A DNA stretch of 64,000 nt, from contig VGJS01000018.1 of the NCBI GenBank assembly GCA_016867395.1, positions 227 through 64,226 on the forward strand, in the 5' to 3' direction. Below, piece after piece: positions 1 to 8,557 of the stretch. Positions within the stretch are counted from its first letter, which is position 1; every line of letters begins with the position of its first letter. Position numbers and translations under genes: made by a program. The notes below the pieces were generated by a model. The model did not search any database. It saw only the letters and a list, made by a program, of their open reading frames with translations, and was not told the origin of the DNA. Source of the stretch: Candidatus Handelsmanbacteria bacterium (GTDB lineage: Bacteria > Latescibacterota > UBA2968 > UBA8231).

Positions 1-212
1 ACCCAGTCGAAGAAGCGGGTGTCCGCCCAGTGCGGGCAGTCGATGAGGGAGGGGGCGACCCCCTCCCGCTTGGCCGCGGCCTCGGCGAACTTCTCCACCG
101 AAAGGGCCGGCAGGCGGGCAAAGAGCGAGGGTGGCAGGATCAGCTCTTTGACGACGAGGTAGCCCTGCTCCAAGTAGAACTGCGCTTCGGCGGGTGTCAG
201 TCTGGGTGCCAT
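1..212 (-). CDS. phytanoyl-CoA dioxygenase (PhyH)-like protein, N-terminal part only (gene runs off the left edge)
   Basis: ATG at 212-210 is preceded by GGAGAAG. The reverse translation MAPRLTPAEAQFYLEQGYLVVKELILPPSLFARL... resembles the N-terminus of the PhyH-family protein at 6173-7018 (EKYLFDVQGYLVIKGAL). It is truncated by the window edge, so it is absent from the ORF track. Confidence 0.5.
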   Translation of the reverse strand, partial: MAPRLTPAEAQFYLEQGYLVVKELILPPSLFARLPALSVEKFAEAAAKREGVAPSLIDCPHWADTRFFDW

Positions 213-250
213 GGTCTTCTCCTTTCAACCCCCTCTGAGGCGGATGGCGA

Positions 251-1084
251 TCACAGGTGCGGAAACCATAGCCGACGCGCCGTCTCGCCCAGGACCTGCG
301 CACGGGCCGCGCTGCCGAGGGGCAGTTCGTCGGTGAAGAGGCGCAGGTGCTCGGCGTAGCTGAATCCTGGGGTCCACAGCGCGTTGGGGAAGTTGCTGCC
401 CCACACGCAGCGCTCCGGGCCGTAGGTATCGATGATCTGTACCGCCGCCTCGTGGAGGTCGGCCCCCGGAAAGCCGGTCTCGCTGCCGGTGCTGATGAAA
501 TCCACCTTGGGGTACAGGTTGGGATAGCGGGACAGGCGCAGCACCTCGCCGAGGACCTGCTGGTACTGGGGGCCGGGCTTGAGGTCCAGACAGTGGTCGA
601 AGCCCACGGTCTGCCCGGGGAATTCCCGCAGCAGCATCTCTGCCCCTTCCACCCACTCCGGCTTCATCAGAAAGATATCGACCGTGGCCCCCACCTCGGC
701 GCAGGTGCGCCACAACTGCCGCACCCCCTCGTGGTCGAAGGTCCGGCGCTGGTTGCCCGGGATGCTGCGCAAGGTCTTGACCCCGTACTGGCCCACCAAC
801 TCCTTCAGCAACTCCGGGCTTTGCGGGTCGTCCGGTTCGAGGCAGCAGACCCCGGCCACCCAGCCGGGGTTGGCTTTGGCCGCCTCGCCCAGGTAGCGGT
901 TGTCGTAGTTGTAGAAGGAGACGGTCTGCACCGCCCGCACCGCCCGCACCCCGTTGGCCTGGCTGACCTGGCGCAGGTCCTCCAACGCCCCTTTGCCGTC
1001 GGGCACCCGCATGGGATTTTCCCGGGGCGGGTAGCGCACCTCGTCGGCGGAGGTGATGTGGGCGTGGCAGTCGATGATCAGCAT
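251..1084 (-). CDS. amidohydrolase-family (amidohydrolase-2 type TIM-barrel) metal-dependent hydrolase
   Basis: Internal ATG of ORF 251..2098(-) gives 277 aa starting MLIIDCHAHITSADEVRYPP (HxH metal motif) and ending ...CVWGSNFPNALW...ETARRLWFPHL. The upstream part of the 615-aa ORF is an antisense shadow of 1202..3064. Confidence 0.85.
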   Translation of the reverse strand: MLIIDCHAHITSADEVRYPPRENPMRVPDGKGALEDLRQVSQANGVRAVRAVQTVSFYNYDNRYLGEAAKANPGWVAGVCCLEPDDPQSPELLKELVGQYGVKTLRSIPGNQRRTFDHEGVRQLWRTCAEVGATVDIFLMKPEWVEGAEMLLREFPGQTVGFDHCLDLKPGPQYQQVLGEVLRLSRYPNLYPKVDFISTGSETGFPGADLHEAAVQIIDTYGPERCVWGSNFPNALWTPGFSYAEHLRLFTDELPLGSAARAQVLGETARRLWFPHL

Positions 1085-1106
1085 GGCGGTTGTGCTCCCT
1101 CTGGTT

Positions 1107-1135
1107 TTGACACCCTGGGTCTCTTTGTTTATCGT
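1107..1135 (+). promoter_or_regulatory. candidate sigma70-type promoter (TTGACA-N17-TATCGT) upstream of 1202..3064
   Basis: TTGACA at 1107-1112, a 17-nt spacer, then TATCGT at 1130-1135, in the divergent intergenic region 1085-1201. Confidence 0.3.
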
Positions 1136-1201
1136 GGGCGCCGGCAAGCAGGGGATAATAGCGAATCCCCTTCCACCCTCCAATCCATCCCGGATCCCAC
1201 T

Positions 1202-3064
1202 ATGACCGTCGAGGTGCGCTTCAGCGACGTGGACGCCGACGGCGACCGCGAGATGGTGGTCGAGAACCCCCACCTGCGCGCCGTCTTCCGCCACCCCGAA
1301 CACCTGGGCGCCGCCTATTACAAGCGCCGCTGGACCTGGGGCGGCCGGCTCCAGTCCCTGGTGTACAAACCCACGGGCCGGGAGTTCTTCCTGCCGCAGA
1401 TGATAGACCTGGAGGACATCAGCCCTTTCGGTCTGCCCGACGAACTCTTTGCCCACTTCCCCCTCTCCGGCGGGCGGCAACTCAAGATGGGCGTGGGCGT
1501 GCTCTCTCCCGCCGGGTTGGAGCCCTTGCCCTGGACCTGGTATCTGGAGCAGGCAGGGGAAGAGACCGCCCTGGTCTTCCGCCAGGAGGTAGCGGATCTG
1601 GAAGGCTACAGCTATCTCTACGAGAAACGCTATCACTTCCGACCCGAAGCAGCCTGGTTCGCCCTCGACGTGGTCTGGGAGAACCGTGGCAAGGCTCTGA
1701 TCGCCTCGGACTGGGATCTGCACACCTTCCACGACGCCGGCCCCCTCCACTGCCCCGCCTGGCTGGTGGCCCCCAAGCGGGCCTGGCAGAGCAGCGGCCA
1801 CACCCGGCTGCGCACGGTCCTTAAGGAGGCCGCGCCGCTTTTCCCCGCCCCCCGCTTGGAGGAGCGCATCTTCGACCGCCTGCGCTGGGACCTGGAGGGC
1901 GAGCCCTGGTGGTACGCCACCGGCCCTGGGGACGGGGAGGAGTTCTTCCTCCTCAACGCCCGTTTCGAGCCGTACTGGGGCCTGCATTTCGCCGGGTACG
2001 GGGCCTACACCCCCCAGGGCATCAGCCATATCGAGGTGCCCCCCGGCGACCGGGCCGTCTGGGGCATCGACGTGACCTTGGGCACCGGGGGCAAACACTT
2101 CGTCCGCGCCGGCCAGGAGGGCGGCCTCACCTTGGAGCGCCAGGGGCGCACCCTAAGGGCCGGGGTCCACCTGGCCCGGCCCGGTAGTGGCACCCTGAGC
2201 CTCCACCTGCTCAATCAGGAAGGGGCTCTGTGCGGGCACTACTGGAAAAAGGGCGAGACCGCACCCGGCCAGCCTCTCCTCCTCGAACTGCCCCTGCCCG
2301 AGGCCGGCGATTTCGCCACTGCCGAACTCAGCTATCAGGAGGAAGGGCGCGCCCTGCTCCACACCCGAGAGCTGGTGCCCTTGCAGGAGCCGCGGCCCAC
2401 TGCCCATCTGCCCTTTGCCGGCAACGGGAAACGCGTCCTGGTAGCCAGTCACCACCAGGGCGAAAACCCCGAATCCGACGGCGAGTACCTGCACGGGGCC
2501 GGGCTCCAGACCGGGTTTACCGTGGACTGGCGCGGCCCTGGCCCCTGCGGCCCGCACGACCTCGAAGGCTGCGCTGCCCTCTGCCTGGTGGGCGAAGCCT
2601 GGCCCCTGGCACAGATCGGCGCCCTGCGGGACTGGATCGAAGTTGGCGGCGGCCTGCTGCTCTGCGCCCCTTTTGGCGAACTGGCCGCCGCGCTTGGGGA
2701 TCTGCTGCCCCTCCAATCCATCGGCCCCATGCAACGCGCCGAGACCCCGCTGGGCCTGCGCCTGGGCGCGCCCCACTGCACCGTGAACCGCCTGATGCTC
2801 GAACCCGATGCCCAGGTGCGGGTGAGTTGGTGGGCTCCCACCATCGCCTCTCCCGACGCTCTGGTCCCCCTGCGCTTCACCGACCCGGACCAGCACCCGG
2901 CCCTGGGGCTGGACCAATACGGCAAAGGTCGCGTCGCCGTGCTGGCCAGCCGGCCGGCCTGGGGCGCCCACCGGGGCAACGTGGTCTGGGATGGCTGGGG
3001 CCAGTACTACCGCGCCTTTTTCGCCGGACTGCTGGGGTGGACCGCCAGAATCTGGAACTGCTGA
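1202..3064 (+). CDS. hypothetical protein (620 aa); the C-terminal third looks like a ThuA/class-I glutamine-amidotransferase-like fold (tentative)
   Basis: Internal ATG (MTVEVRFSDVDADGDREMVVENPHLRAVF...) of ORF 347..3064. It has coding-like composition across 620 codons. The upstream part of that ORF overlaps the amidohydrolase gene in antisense. C-terminal segment: RVLVASHHQGENPESDGEYL...GGGLLLCAPFGE. Confidence 0.65.
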   Translation: MTVEVRFSDVDADGDREMVVENPHLRAVFRHPEHLGAAYYKRRWTWGGRLQSLVYKPTGREFFLPQMIDLEDISPFGLPDELFAHFPLSGGRQLKMGVGVLSPAGLEPLPWTWYLEQAGEETALVFRQEVADLEGYSYLYEKRYHFRPEAAWFALDVVWENRGKALIASDWDLHTFHDAGPLHCPAWLVAPKRAWQSSGHTRLRTVLKEAAPLFPAPRLEERIFDRLRWDLEGEPWWYATGPGDGEEFFLLNARFEPYWGLHFAGYGAYTPQGISHIEVPPGDRAVWGIDVTLGTGGKHFVRAGQEGGLTLERQGRTLRAGVHLARPGSGTLSLHLLNQEGALCGHYWKKGETAPGQPLLLELPLPEAGDFATAELSYQEEGRALLHTRELVPLQEPRPTAHLPFAGNGKRVLVASHHQGENPESDGEYLHGAGLQTGFTVDWRGPGPCGPHDLEGCAALCLVGEAWPLAQIGALRDWIEVGGGLLLCAPFGELAAALGDLLPLQSIGPMQRAETPLGLRLGAPHCTVNRLMLEPDAQVRVSWWAPTIASPDALVPLRFTDPDQHPALGLDQYGKGRVAVLASRPAWGAHRGNVVWDGWGQYYRAFFAGLLGWTARIWNC

Positions 3065-3092
3065 GGAACATCAACCGAGGGAGCCTAGGGAG

Positions 3093-4205
3093 ATGTCGTC
3101 CAAACGCGCCGCCAAGGTACACCAGGGCCCTGCTGTGCCCGCGCGGGAACCTCTGCGCATCACCGGCATCAAGACCCATTTCCTGCAGGGAGGCGCCAGC
3201 CTGCTGCGCCTGCAAACTGACCAGGGCCTCGAGGGCTGGTGCAACGAGGTGACCCAGGACATGGCGCACCTGCTGCTCGAACCCCCACTGAGCCAGGTGC
3301 TGCTCGGGGCCGACGCCATGGAACGCGAGAAACTCTGGCACCAGCTGCTGCACTGGGAGCGCTACCGCTGGCTGCCCCGCGGGCTGCGCGGGGTGGTTGA
3401 CACGGCGCTGTGGGACCTGGCTGGCAAATACCTGGGGCAACCGGTGTGGCGCCTGCTGGGGGCCTGCCGCGACCGGGTGCCGGGGTACAAGACCCAGGCG
3501 GGCACCTTTGGGCCGGAGGGCGACCACCTCGACCACTACCTCGAGTACGCCTTGCAGGCCAAGGCCGAAGGCTACCTGGGCGCCAAGGATCACTGCTATA
3601 AAGGGGTGAAGTTCATGGCCGAACTGGCGCGGGAAATGCGCGGCGCCGTGGGTCCCGACTTCCACCTGATGCACGACGCGGTGCAGACCTACGATGTGTC
3701 GGACGCCATCAAGATCGGCCGGGTGCTCGAGCAATACGACTACCAGTGGTTCGAGGAGCCGATACGGGACCAGGACTACCTGGGCCTGAAGCAGGTGGCC
3801 GCCGCCCTCGACATCCGGGTGATCGCCGGCGAGTACTTCCCCTTCCAGTTGCACGCCTACTCGCAGCTGATCGCTATCGCCGAGGTGGACGGCATCAAAC
3901 CCAGCGACCCGGTGAGCGGCGGCATCACCGACCTGCTCAAACTCGCCCATCTGGCCGAGTGTTTCGGCAAGCAGGTGCATATCCCCAAGGGCAGCCTGTG
4001 GGGTTTTGCCGGCCTCAACCTCAACGGCGGGGTGCTGAATTGCCCGGTGCTGGAGTGCCACCGCCCCTTCGCGCAGGACCGCCAGCCTTTCATCCGCAAT
4101 CCGCTGGAGCTGGTGGACGGCTGTGTGCCCATGCCCTGTGCGCCTGGACTGGGCATCGACCTGGACTGGGACTGTATCGACGACCTGACCGAGAAGGTGA
4201 TCTAG
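3093..4205 (+). CDS. mandelate racemase/muconate lactonizing enzyme family (enolase superfamily) protein
   Basis: MSSKRAAK... start inside ORF 2991..4205. Family-typical blocks include ITGIKTHFLQ...DTALWDLAGKYLGQPVWRLLG, a conserved ...WFEEP motif and VIAGEY. Confidence 0.85.
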   Translation: MSSKRAAKVHQGPAVPAREPLRITGIKTHFLQGGASLLRLQTDQGLEGWCNEVTQDMAHLLLEPPLSQVLLGADAMEREKLWHQLLHWERYRWLPRGLRGVVDTALWDLAGKYLGQPVWRLLGACRDRVPGYKTQAGTFGPEGDHLDHYLEYALQAKAEGYLGAKDHCYKGVKFMAELAREMRGAVGPDFHLMHDAVQTYDVSDAIKIGRVLEQYDYQWFEEPIRDQDYLGLKQVAAALDIRVIAGEYFPFQLHAYSQLIAIAEVDGIKPSDPVSGGITDLLKLAHLAECFGKQVHIPKGSLWGFAGLNLNGGVLNCPVLECHRPFAQDRQPFIRNPLELVDGCVPMPCAPGLGIDLDWDCIDDLTEKVI

Positions 4206-4270
4206 CACCGCCGCACTGCCATCTGGCGCCCCACGATCCCGCCGACCGCTCGAAGGGACCGACACCGGCC

Positions 4271-4846
4271 AGGTACATCCCCAAGTCCTTCCAGCAGGAA
4301 GATCCCCAGGTTCTGGCCGCCTTCATCCGGGCCCACAGCTTCGCCACCCACCTGCCCCTATTGCTCGAAGAAGGAGTGCTGCGGGGCCACCTGGCCCGGG
4401 CCAACCCCCACTGCCGGCTCTTCGACGGCCAACGCCAGTCCCTGGCCATCTTCCACGGGCCCCACGCCTACGTCTCGCCCACCTGGTACACCACCTCCCC
4501 GGCGGTGCCCACCTGGAACTACGCGGCGGTCCACGTGTACGGTGCCCCGCGCCCCATCGAGGAGGAGGCGCGGCTCTCTGCCCCGGTGGACCGCCTGGCA
4601 GCCGTGTACGAGGCGAAACAGCTGCAGCCCTGGCCGGGGGTTCTGCCCCCAGAATACCGGGCGAAGATGCTGCAAGGGATCTTGGGCTTCGAGATGGAGA
4701 TCGGGCGCATCGAGGGGAAATTCAAGCTGGGGCAGAACCGCTCCCGCCAGGACCAGCTCGGGGTGCTGGCGCGGTTGGAATCCAGCCCCGACCCCCAAGC
4801 CCAAGCCCTGGCAGCGCTGGCCAGGGCGCAGTTGCCGCCCGGTTAA
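4271..4846 (+). pseudogene. PaiB-family FMN-binding regulator homolog lacking a canonical start codon
   Basis: Translation RYIPKSFQQEDPQVLAAFIRAHSFATHLPLLLEEGVLRGHLARANP...HGPHAYVSPTWY...PTWNYAAVHVYG...KFKLGQNRS matches the PaiB (FMN_bind_2) family. The family-initial M is AGG (R) here. There is no ATG/GTG/TTG in frame between the upstream stop (4205) and this point. Confidence 0.6.
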
Positions 4847-6132
4847 ACAATCTGGCGCGCCTCGAGGTAGAAGCGCTTCTCGTGCGCCTCGCCCAGGGAG
4901 AAGGTCTTGCGCGGCATGACCCCGTCGCGCCGGACGGTCTTGAAGAGCTCGGCCTTGTCCAGGTGGGGCAGGCAAAGACCCAGGTTCCCCGGCTGGCTGC
5001 CCAGGCGCAGGACCACCTCCTCCCCGTGGACATAGTCGATCCTCTCCGCTCCCCCCGCCGTCATGAAGGCGTCGAGCAGGTCCTGGATGGTGCCGGCAGG
5101 CAGGCTGGCGCTGGGGTCGCTGATCCGGGCAAGCCAGCAGCCGCTACCGCCGACCAGGCCGAGGGTGTGCCCCGGCTCATGCCGGGCCGCGGCCACGCCC
5201 GCGATCAGGGCCGCGGGGCTGCTGGCCGGGTCGAGGCGCAGGCGCGCCCCGCAGGTCTCTTTTAGGAAAGCGGAAAAGTCCCGCTTCAGGCCAAAGAGCA
5301 CCCGGTGGATGGGCTCGAAGCTCAGGCCCTCGTCGTGGAGGTTGACCACCTCGACCAGGGCGTGCCGGGCCGGGTGGTCCGCCCCTGCCCTGGGCTTCAG
5401 CTCCTCCCACAGGGCCTTGGCCGCGGCCAGGGAATGGTTGCCGTCGCCCACCGCAAAGAGCAGGGGCTTTTCCCCATCGGCGCGGGCCAGGGCGCGCAGG
5501 GCGGCAATCACCCCGGCCTCCAGCCCCGGATCACCCGCCCCGTATCCGGCCAGGCGACCGCTGCCTGACATCAACTCGAAATCGTAGAGCTTTTCCAGCC
5601 CTCCCCTGGCCGCCGCCACCGGCCCGATCACCCTGTGGCCGGGGTCGTCGATGAGCACCAGGATATGGGGCAGTTCGAGGGCGGCGCCGGCGCGAATCCG
5701 GGTGCGCGGGGGCAGGCGCTCGACGATGGTCCCCTCGGTGGCGCGGATGAGGCTGGCGGCGCCCGGCCGGTAATCGTACTGCTCCAGGTCGAGGGCCAGC
5801 AGGAGGCCCTGGCGGACCTTGCCGGCCAGGTGGCGCTCCACGTACACCAACCCCTCGTAGGGCCGCAGCGCCCCCGCCTCCAGATACTGGCGCATGGCGG
5901 CCTGAATCTGGCCGATGCGCTGGGCCTCTCCCGGTTTTTCCAGGTGGATCTCGGGCAGGACCAGGCGCAGGGTGGAGGGCGCCTCGCCGACCAGGCGCTC
6001 CACCTCCTCCCAGTACTCGGGCTGGGAGGTGAACTGGTCCACGGCGATGACTGCCCAGCGCCGGGGATCGAGGTGGGGGGCGGGCAGGTACACCTGGGGC
6101 ACGAGGATGCCGAGATCGGGATAGACGCGCAT
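4843..6132 (-). CDS. DUF1015 family protein
   Basis: Full ORF, 429 aa: MRVYPDLGILVPQVYLP...WAVIAVDQFTSQPEYW...LIRATEGTIVERLPPR...HILVLIDDP...FAVGDGNHSLAAAKALWE, typical of DUF1015. Confidence 0.85.
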   Translation of the reverse strand: MRVYPDLGILVPQVYLPAPHLDPRRWAVIAVDQFTSQPEYWEEVERLVGEAPSTLRLVLPEIHLEKPGEAQRIGQIQAAMRQYLEAGALRPYEGLVYVERHLAGKVRQGLLLALDLEQYDYRPGAASLIRATEGTIVERLPPRTRIRAGAALELPHILVLIDDPGHRVIGPVAAARGGLEKLYDFELMSGSGRLAGYGAGDPGLEAGVIAALRALARADGEKPLLFAVGDGNHSLAAAKALWEELKPRAGADHPARHALVEVVNLHDEGLSFEPIHRVLFGLKRDFSAFLKETCGARLRLDPASSPAALIAGVAAARHEPGHTLGLVGGSGCWLARISDPSASLPAGTIQDLLDAFMTAGGAERIDYVHGEEVVLRLGSQPGNLGLCLPHLDKAELFKTVRRDGVMPRKTFSLGEAHEKRFYLEARQIV

Positions 6133-6172
6133 GATTTCCTGAGTTGGCGGGGAAGGGGCGGCAGAGCGGTTT

Positions 6173-7018
6173 TCAGCCCGGAGATGGACCTGCCTGGCGG
6201 GCGGCCAGCAGGTCGAGCACCTCCCGGTTCTTGGGAAACTCGTGACGGTAGCGGGGGGCCGAGATCACCGCCTGCTGGGCCTCGCTCAGCTCCGCGTAGA
6301 AGGGCGGCTGGGTGTAGGCGCCCATCAGTCCCTCGGCCACCACCCCGGAGTTGTAGCGGAGGATCACCGAGCGCCGCTGGTGGTCTCCGGCCCAGGGCAG
6401 GGCCCCGTGCATCAGGCATTCGACAAAGAGGATGGCGTCGCCGGCCTGGGCCGGGATCTGGGCGATGCGCTCCTGGTGCGCCTCGTAGAGCCGGATCTCC
6501 CCCGGGCAGGGATAATTGGCCTTGTGGCTGCCGGGCAAACAGGCGAAACCGCCCTCCCCCGGCTTCACGTCGGTCAGTTGCACAGCGATGTTGGTCATGC
6601 CGCAGTACATGCGGCCGTTGTGGTAATGGTAGAAGCGCGAGCGGTCAAAGGGGGTCCCCCCTTCGTGGAACCAGAACCCCTCTGCCCCGGCCTCCATGGT
6701 GATGATGCCCAGCCCCTCCAGCCTGAACCCCGGCCCCAGCAACTCCTCCAGGTACGGGGTGAGCCGGGGATGGACGATCATCTGCCGGTACACCTCGCAG
6801 TGGGGCTTTTCCCAGGTCAGCATCCCCCCCAGGTCCCCCCGGCCGGTGCGGCCCTGCAGGGTTGCCGAGCCGTGGGCCAGGTCGTTGGGGCGGATCTGTA
6901 TCCTGCCGGCGTGGTGGTCGATGGCCGCATTGGCCGCCGCCAGTTCCCCGGTGGACAGGGCGCCCTTGATCACCAAGTATCCTTGGACATCAAAAAGATA
7001 CTTCTCCGCCTCGGTCAT
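6173..7018 (-). CDS. phytanoyl-CoA dioxygenase (PhyH) family Fe(II)/2-oxoglutarate oxygenase
   Basis: ORF 6173..7021(-). ATG at 7018 with AGGA 5 nt upstream (GTG at 7021 is an alternative start). Motifs: YLFDVQGYLVIKGAL, FWFHEGG, CLPGSHKANYP, RRSVILRYN. Confidence 0.85.
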   Translation of the reverse strand: MTEAEKYLFDVQGYLVIKGALSTGELAAANAAIDHHAGRIQIRPNDLAHGSATLQGRTGRGDLGGMLTWEKPHCEVYRQMIVHPRLTPYLEELLGPGFRLEGLGIITMEAGAEGFWFHEGGTPFDRSRFYHYHNGRMYCGMTNIAVQLTDVKPGEGGFACLPGSHKANYPCPGEIRLYEAHQERIAQIPAQAGDAILFVECLMHGALPWAGDHQRRSVILRYNSGVVAEGLMGAYTQPPFYAELSEAQQAVISAPRYRHEFPKNREVLDLLAARQAGPSPG

Positions 7019-7051
7019 CACCTTCCTTTCGCAGGTTCACATCGGCTCCAC

Positions 7052-7080
7052 ATTTTAGGCATGGCTGCCCTTCGGGGCAA
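7052..7080 (-). promoter_or_regulatory. candidate sigma70-type promoter (TTGCCC-N17-TAAAAT) for the PhyH gene
   Basis: The minus strand reads TTGCCC (7080-7075), a 17-nt spacer, then TAAAAT (7057-7052), about 30 nt upstream of the start. Confidence 0.35.
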
Positions 7081-7148
7081 GTTCGGGAGCCCCCCTCCCC
7101 TTTTTTACCTTGACATCTGGCGCCGGGTTGGTTTTTTGTTAGGCTAAT

Positions 7149-7177
7149 TTCAAACTAATCAATCTAGTGCAATTAAT
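7149..7177 (+). promoter_or_regulatory. candidate sigma70-type promoter (TTCAAA-N17-ATTAAT) in a local AT-rich island
   Basis: TTCAAA at 7149-7154, a 17-nt spacer, then ATTAAT at 7172-7177, 17 nt before the ATG at 7194. Region 7130-7190 is conspicuously AT-rich for this genome. Confidence 0.3.
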
Positions 7178-7193
7178 ACAAATGTGAGGCCCT

Positions 7194-7790
7194 ATGCGAA
7201 ACGAGGGGTTGCTGACCACTGGGGATATCGCCACCCATTGCCGCGTTTCCTACGAGGCCGTAAGCAAGTGGATCAAGAGCGGCAAGCTCAAAGCCTACAC
7301 CACGCCGGGCCGGCACCACCGGGTCCGCCGCGCCGATTTCGAGGATTTCCTCAGGGAGTACAATCTGCCCCCCCTCACCCCGCCCGAACCCCGCCGCAAG
7401 GTGCTGCTCGTCGATGACGACCCCACCGTCCTCAGGCTGCTCAGCACCTATTTCGCCATCAAAGGCCAGTACGAGATCGCCACGGCCGTCGATGGCTTTG
7501 AAGCTAGCATCCAGATCGCCGGCAACCCTCCCGACCTGGTCATCCTCGACCTGATGATGCCCAACATCGACGGCTTCAAGGTGTGCAAAGGGGTCCGGGC
7601 CAACCCCAAGACCCGCCGGACCCTGGTGGTGGTGCTGACCGGCTTCGCCACCCCTGAGAATGTGCGCAAAGCCATGGAGTGCGGCGCCGACTGCTGTCTG
7701 GGCAAACCCGTCTCCCTCGGGGACCTGGAGCAGAAGCTGGCCGAGCTGTGGGCCGGCGCCGCGGCCCACCACCGCCGCGCCCACGCCTGA
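7194..7790 (+). CDS. response regulator with N-terminal excisionase/MerR-type HTH and C-terminal receiver (REC) domain
   Basis: N-terminus LLTTGDIATHCRVSYEAVSKWIKSGKLKAYTTPGRHHRVRRADFEDFL is HTH_17-like. It is followed by KVLLVDDDPTVLRLL...DLVILDLMMPNIDGF...TGFATPENVRKAMECGADCCLGKP, a CheY-like receiver. Confidence 0.85.
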   Translation: MRNEGLLTTGDIATHCRVSYEAVSKWIKSGKLKAYTTPGRHHRVRRADFEDFLREYNLPPLTPPEPRRKVLLVDDDPTVLRLLSTYFAIKGQYEIATAVDGFEASIQIAGNPPDLVILDLMMPNIDGFKVCKGVRANPKTRRTLVVVLTGFATPENVRKAMECGADCCLGKPVSLGDLEQKLAELWAGAAAHHRRAHA

Positions 7791-7835
7791 TCCCTCGGAG
7801 CAAGAGCACACGCCGACCCCGAAGGAGGTTTCTCC

Positions 7836-8156
7836 ATGGACGAAAAAACCAAGCTGGGCTGGAGACTGCGCCAGGCGCGCGAAGAGCAGCGCAAGACCCT
7901 GGAGCAGGTCCACCGCCACACCGGCCTGAGCTTACACATCCTGCAGCACCTGGAGGCCGGCGCCTTCGCGGTGGTGGAGCCGGTGTACGTCCGCCTGGCG
8001 CTGCGCTCCTACGCCGAACACCTGGGCCTCAGCCCCCCCGCCATGCTGCAACAGCTCGAAGCGCTGTGGGGCCTGCCCCCGCCCGTCGCCCCGCCCAGGC
8101 CGGCTCCCCGGCCGCGTTCCTGGGTGCAGCGCCTGTCCCTGGGGCTTTCCCGCTAG
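7836..8156 (+). CDS. small helix-turn-helix protein (RodZ N-terminal / HTH_25-like)
   Basis: GAAGGAGG RBS. LGWRLRQAREEQRKTLEQVHRHTGLSLHILQHLEAGAF...YVRLALRSYAEHLGL resembles the cytoplasmic HTH of RodZ-like proteins, followed by a Pro-rich tail. Confidence 0.65.
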   Translation: MDEKTKLGWRLRQAREEQRKTLEQVHRHTGLSLHILQHLEAGAFAVVEPVYVRLALRSYAEHLGLSPPAMLQQLEALWGLPPPVAPPRPAPRPRSWVQRLSLGLSR

Positions 8157-8189
8157 TAGCACTACCCCCCTCTCCCCGGAGGCGTCCTC

Positions 8190-8516
8190 ATGGAATTCCC
8201 CACCACCGCCGAGGCGATCTATCTCACCAGCCTCACCGTGGCCCTGGTGGTGATCGAAAAGGTCATCACCCAGCGCCTGCTAAACCGACAACGCCGGGAA
8301 ATGAAGGGCCTGATGCAGGAGTGGCAGGGGCTGGTGGCCCTGCTCAAGGTCCTGCGCCAGCAACGCGAAGCCGCCGAACGCCAGGTGGCCGAGCTGCAAT
8401 TGCGGAAAACCAGGATAGAACTGCAACTCCAGGAGCAGATCCTGAGCCTGCAGGACCGCGAAACCCGCCAGTTGGCAATGGCCGTGGAGTTGGACAACCT
8501 GCTCAATGAACCTTAG
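8190..8516 (+). CDS. hypothetical membrane-anchored coiled-coil protein
   Basis: GGAGG RBS. N-terminal hydrophobic segment AIYLTSLTVALVVI, then a heptad-like, Q/E/R/L-rich sequence (LRQQREAAERQVAELQLRKTRIELQLQEQILSLQ). Confidence 0.5.
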   Translation: MEFPTTAEAIYLTSLTVALVVIEKVITQRLLNRQRREMKGLMQEWQGLVALLKVLRQQREAAERQVAELQLRKTRIELQLQEQILSLQDRETRQLAMAVELDNLLNEP

Positions 8517-8557
8517 ATTATGACTGGTCTTACTACCCGTCCGCCACCCTTTTCCCA

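Noticed and set aside
347-1201. 5' extension of ORF 347..3064 (905 aa), and similar extensions of 2991..4205, 17758..19899, 43416..45065 and 43568..46285.
   Set aside because: The extensions overlap well-supported genes on the same or the opposite strand and translate to low-complexity sequence. Internal starts with an RBS or stop-start overlap give proteins of family-typical length.
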